A DNA stretch of 64,000 bases, taken from the NCBI GenBank assembly GCA_951406725.2, contig CATOCA020000008.1, forward strand, positions 1 to 64,000. The letters are read 5' to 3'. The stretch is from Octopus vulgaris (lineage: Eukaryota). The notes beneath the pieces were generated by a model. It was not told the DNA's origin and ran no database searches. It saw only the letters and a program-made list of their open reading frames with translations. Positions 60,445-64,000 of the stretch are shown here, one piece after another (position 1 is the stretch's first letter; every line of letters starts with the position of its first letter). A program made the position numbers and the translations under genes.

Positions 60445-63400
60445 ATATAACTTAAAATAGTCGATCCTTAGTCAAGCAATCTAATTAACTGCAGACAGGA
60501 ATTAGCGACACGCTGCAAGCATTTCCATAATAAATTCTTCAGTAGGTTCCCTCGATAACTTTAAAACTATAGTGAGAGTCATTGGTCAAGATGTGTATGA
60601 TCCCTAAGAGATAAATAAAGAGATAAATTATTTGATATAATTTGTTATGTGTACGTATTTATGTGTGTATAAGCGCGGGTGCTGAAATGTTTGCTGGCTT
60701 TAAAAGTGTCGCAAAAGGCCTGACTTGAGGCTCAACCTCCAAAGTTCTTTTACAAGCCTTAGAAAAAAATCACACACACACACACACATTATTTAAAAAT
60801 GTATTTCATTTATTTTATCATTTTTTAAAAATCAAATTTCGAAACAATATCTGGATAGTATTGGACCTGGATACAATGCAAATGTCTTCGTGAATGAAGA
60901 CCCAATTACAAACATTAATTTATCTTGACTGTCTGTTCTTCAATTTCGGTCATCCCCTAGCCCCTTTTCTTCTCCTTCCTCTTTTCCTTTCTTGCCTTCC
61001 CTCCTTTTCCTTCTTTTTCGAGTCATCATATCGTTTGCCCTTTCCTCTTTATCTCGCTTGCACTTACGTCATTCTTATTGCCTCTCTTCACCCATCGTCC
61101 CATGCTTCTACCATTCCTTCAGTGATCTACTTTCTTATTACCAGAAAAGACTCTGACGAAAGTAACAGTCATTCTCGAGGTGGCTCCATTTTTCTCAACC
61201 GATCAATGAGCCGATTGAGCAAACCTAACAATAATGAACCTATAACGACCACTGGAAACAACTGCATGTCACATATATTACAATAAAGAAAAATACGTTA
61301 TGATCATTTTTTAATGTCTTGTCTTATACAAATAGTAAGATGAGGATTCAGGTAGAATCAAGTATTTGAAAAGGTATGGGTAATCTTTGTGGTTCCGGCC
61401 TATGGTTGGTGATGATCGAAATATTGGATAGGATATTTCGGTTGTGTACACAGAGAAACCAACTCTATGAAAATTTAGCGCCTAAGGGGCTGGTCCAAAT
61501 TACGCGTTACTTTAGTACGACGTTGGTATACTGTAGGGTGTCCGACAAGTCGTTAATTCCCTTGGTGTATTATTATCAAATCTTTTTCTACTCTAGGCAC
61601 GAGGCCCGAAACTTTGGGTGAGGGGGCCAGTCGATCAGCTCGACCCCAGTACTCAACTGGCACTTAATTTATCGACCCCCCAAAGAATGTAAGGCAAAGC
61701 TGACCTCGGCGGAATTTGAACTCACTACGTAAACACAGACGAAATACCTATTTCGTTACTACCCACAAGGCGATAAACACAGAGGGGACAAACAAGGATA
61801 GACAAACGGATTAAGTCGATTATATCGACCCCAGTGCGTAACTGGTACTTATTTAATCGACCCCGAAAGTATGAAAGGCAAAGTCGACCGCGGCGGAATT
61901 TGAGCTCAGAACGTAAACACAGACGAAATACCTATTTCGTTACTACCCACAAGGGGCTAAACACAGGGGACAAACAAAGGCAGACAAACGGATTAAGTCG
62001 ATTATATCGACCCCAGTGCATAATTGGTACTTATTTAATCGACCCCGAAAGGATGAAAGGCAAAGTCGACCTCGGCGGAATTTGAACTCAGAACGTAGCG
62101 GCATACGAAATACCTATTTCTATTTCTTTACTACCCACAAGGGGCTAAACACAGAGAGGACAAACAATGACAGACAAACGGATTAAGTCGATTACATCGA
62201 CCCCAGTGTGTAACTGGTACTTAATTTATCGACCGCGAAAGGATGAAAGGCAAAGTCGATCTCGTCGGAATTTGAACTCAGAACGTAACGGCAGACGAAA
62301 TACAGCTACGCATTTCGCCCGGTATGCTAACATTTCTGCCAGCTTGCCGCTAAGCATTTCACCCGGCGTGCTGACGTTTCTGCCAGCTCGCCGCCCTGTA
62401 TTATAATCAAATGAATAATAAACATACGATGCATAACACTGGTCAACAGCCAAAATGCTTCTTACATATGAATATGTGCTTCTTACTAATTTTCTAGCGC
62501 TGAATCCAGTTTTGACACTAATTTTTTGCTATCGGACCAGGATTTCTGTATATTGGATGGGACATATGTTCTGCGTACGGTCATTTCTATCCCTTTTTTA
62601 AAATATGGTGAGCTATGTATATATACTAACCTAATGATTTATTTTGTTTTATTGGTTTTAACAATACTTCATATATTGAGAAAAATGGAAAAAGTCCTAA
62701 AACGTTTTCCTGATTTTGCATCTACGCTTGTTCTGCTGGTGGTCCTCACATTGCAATGTCCAGCAGTAGTCTCCCAACATACGCAGAGTGAACTAACCCT
62801 GATACCTGTTCTCCATTATCACAACGTCTTGGTGAAACTTTTCTCCGTGTCCATTACTGATGTCTCCTAGGTTATCTGGGAAGAAATCTTGCTGGCCAAT
62901 CCTTTTTCAAGTAGTACTCCGCATCTGCTCTACTATTTCACAAATACAGAAAGCACATATGCTTTGTGTAACCAGTCAGAAGACCTAAAATAAGACTAAT
63001 CAATTTGAGATCCCCATAGTATTTCAAAATCACTAGAAATACAAGAATATTTTACCTTTGTATCTTTCACAAAAGTTTATCCTTCCCAGGTTGATTGTAA
63101 CCCCACTTGCTCTGTTTACGTCCGACCGAGTTCCCAAGCCATAGTCAACACTTCTATGTGTCACGCGGGACCTTGAAATATAACATCGCCTGGGAACAGT
63201 GCCCTTCCTTACAAATATTCAACCAGTGTCGTCACTCTGACGTGTTCTGTTGTAAAGAGGAGTTCAATCCATTATGTTCGTTAGCGGAAGTTAACTTCAA
63301 ACGAGACGGTATTGTACAAAAAATACACACATAAATAGTAAAACAATATAAGGCTTGGAGAAAAAATGCAAACAGAAAAATTGCAATTATATATATATAT

Positions 63401-63678
63401 ACATTTTGTAATGATCAATGAATGTTCACAGGGATTTCCGCCTCACCAACAAGAAATTCAATCACTGCTCTTTAAGGGAGTAGCCATTTTGAATTTTCTT
63501 TAGTAGTCTAAAAACCTGCAAAGTAAATATTTCAGAACGTAAATGATATAATTATTTAAAACTGGGAAAATTTTCAGTTACTTTTATCAAAAACTTTACA
63601 TGAAAATAAAAAAACGGCATTACTTTTTGATTCATCTTCGTACATATATATGTATGTATTTATATGAGTATATTTATG

Positions 63679-63721
<43 letters not shown>

Positions 63722-64000
63722 CTTTATAGCCCACAGGGGGCTAAACATAGAGCGGATAAACAAGGACAGAGAAAGGCAAAAGTCGATTACATCGACCCCA
63801 GTCCATAACTGGTACTTATTTAATCAACCCCGAAAAGATGAAAAGCAAATTCGACCTCGGTGGAATGTGAACTCAGAACGTAACGACAGACAAAATACCT
63901 ATTTCTTTATTACCCACAAGGGGCTAAACATAGAGGGGACAAACAAGGACAGACATAGGTATTAAGTCGATTACATCGACCCCAGTACGGAACTGGTAAT

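Larger units (their letters stand above)
55348..63331 (+). repeat. Tandem duplication, ~3835-bp unit x2 plus a ~315-bp third start
   Basis: AGTATTTCAAAATCACTAGAAATACAAG at 55348, 59182 and 63018; ORF track is duplicated. Confidence 0.97.

Overview
AT-rich eukaryotic DNA made almost entirely of repeats. The repeat content suggests a coleoid cephalopod such as Octopus, which is an inference rather than a match. No host gene is confidently seen. Very long (TA)n arrays (up to ~1.5 kb) hold several young CR1-group APE-RT LINEs, an RTE/CR1 chimera and tRNA-derived SINEs. The CR1-group LINEs and one SINE family share a covarying 3' hairpin. The window also contains a mariner transposon, an R4/Dong-like LINE, Helitron, Chapaev3-like and Tx1-like remnants, an RT-deleted Penelope (GIY-YIG) element and a ~3.83-kb tandem duplication. 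The most striking signal is at least eight minimal type I hammerhead ribozyme motifs of about five structural types. All have palindromic stem III. They include a U3-A8 compensatory core variant and a CUGUAGA variant, and they sit in non-coding direct-repeat and fold-back elements that look like non-autonomous Penelope/retrozyme families. All structures and identity figures were read by eye.
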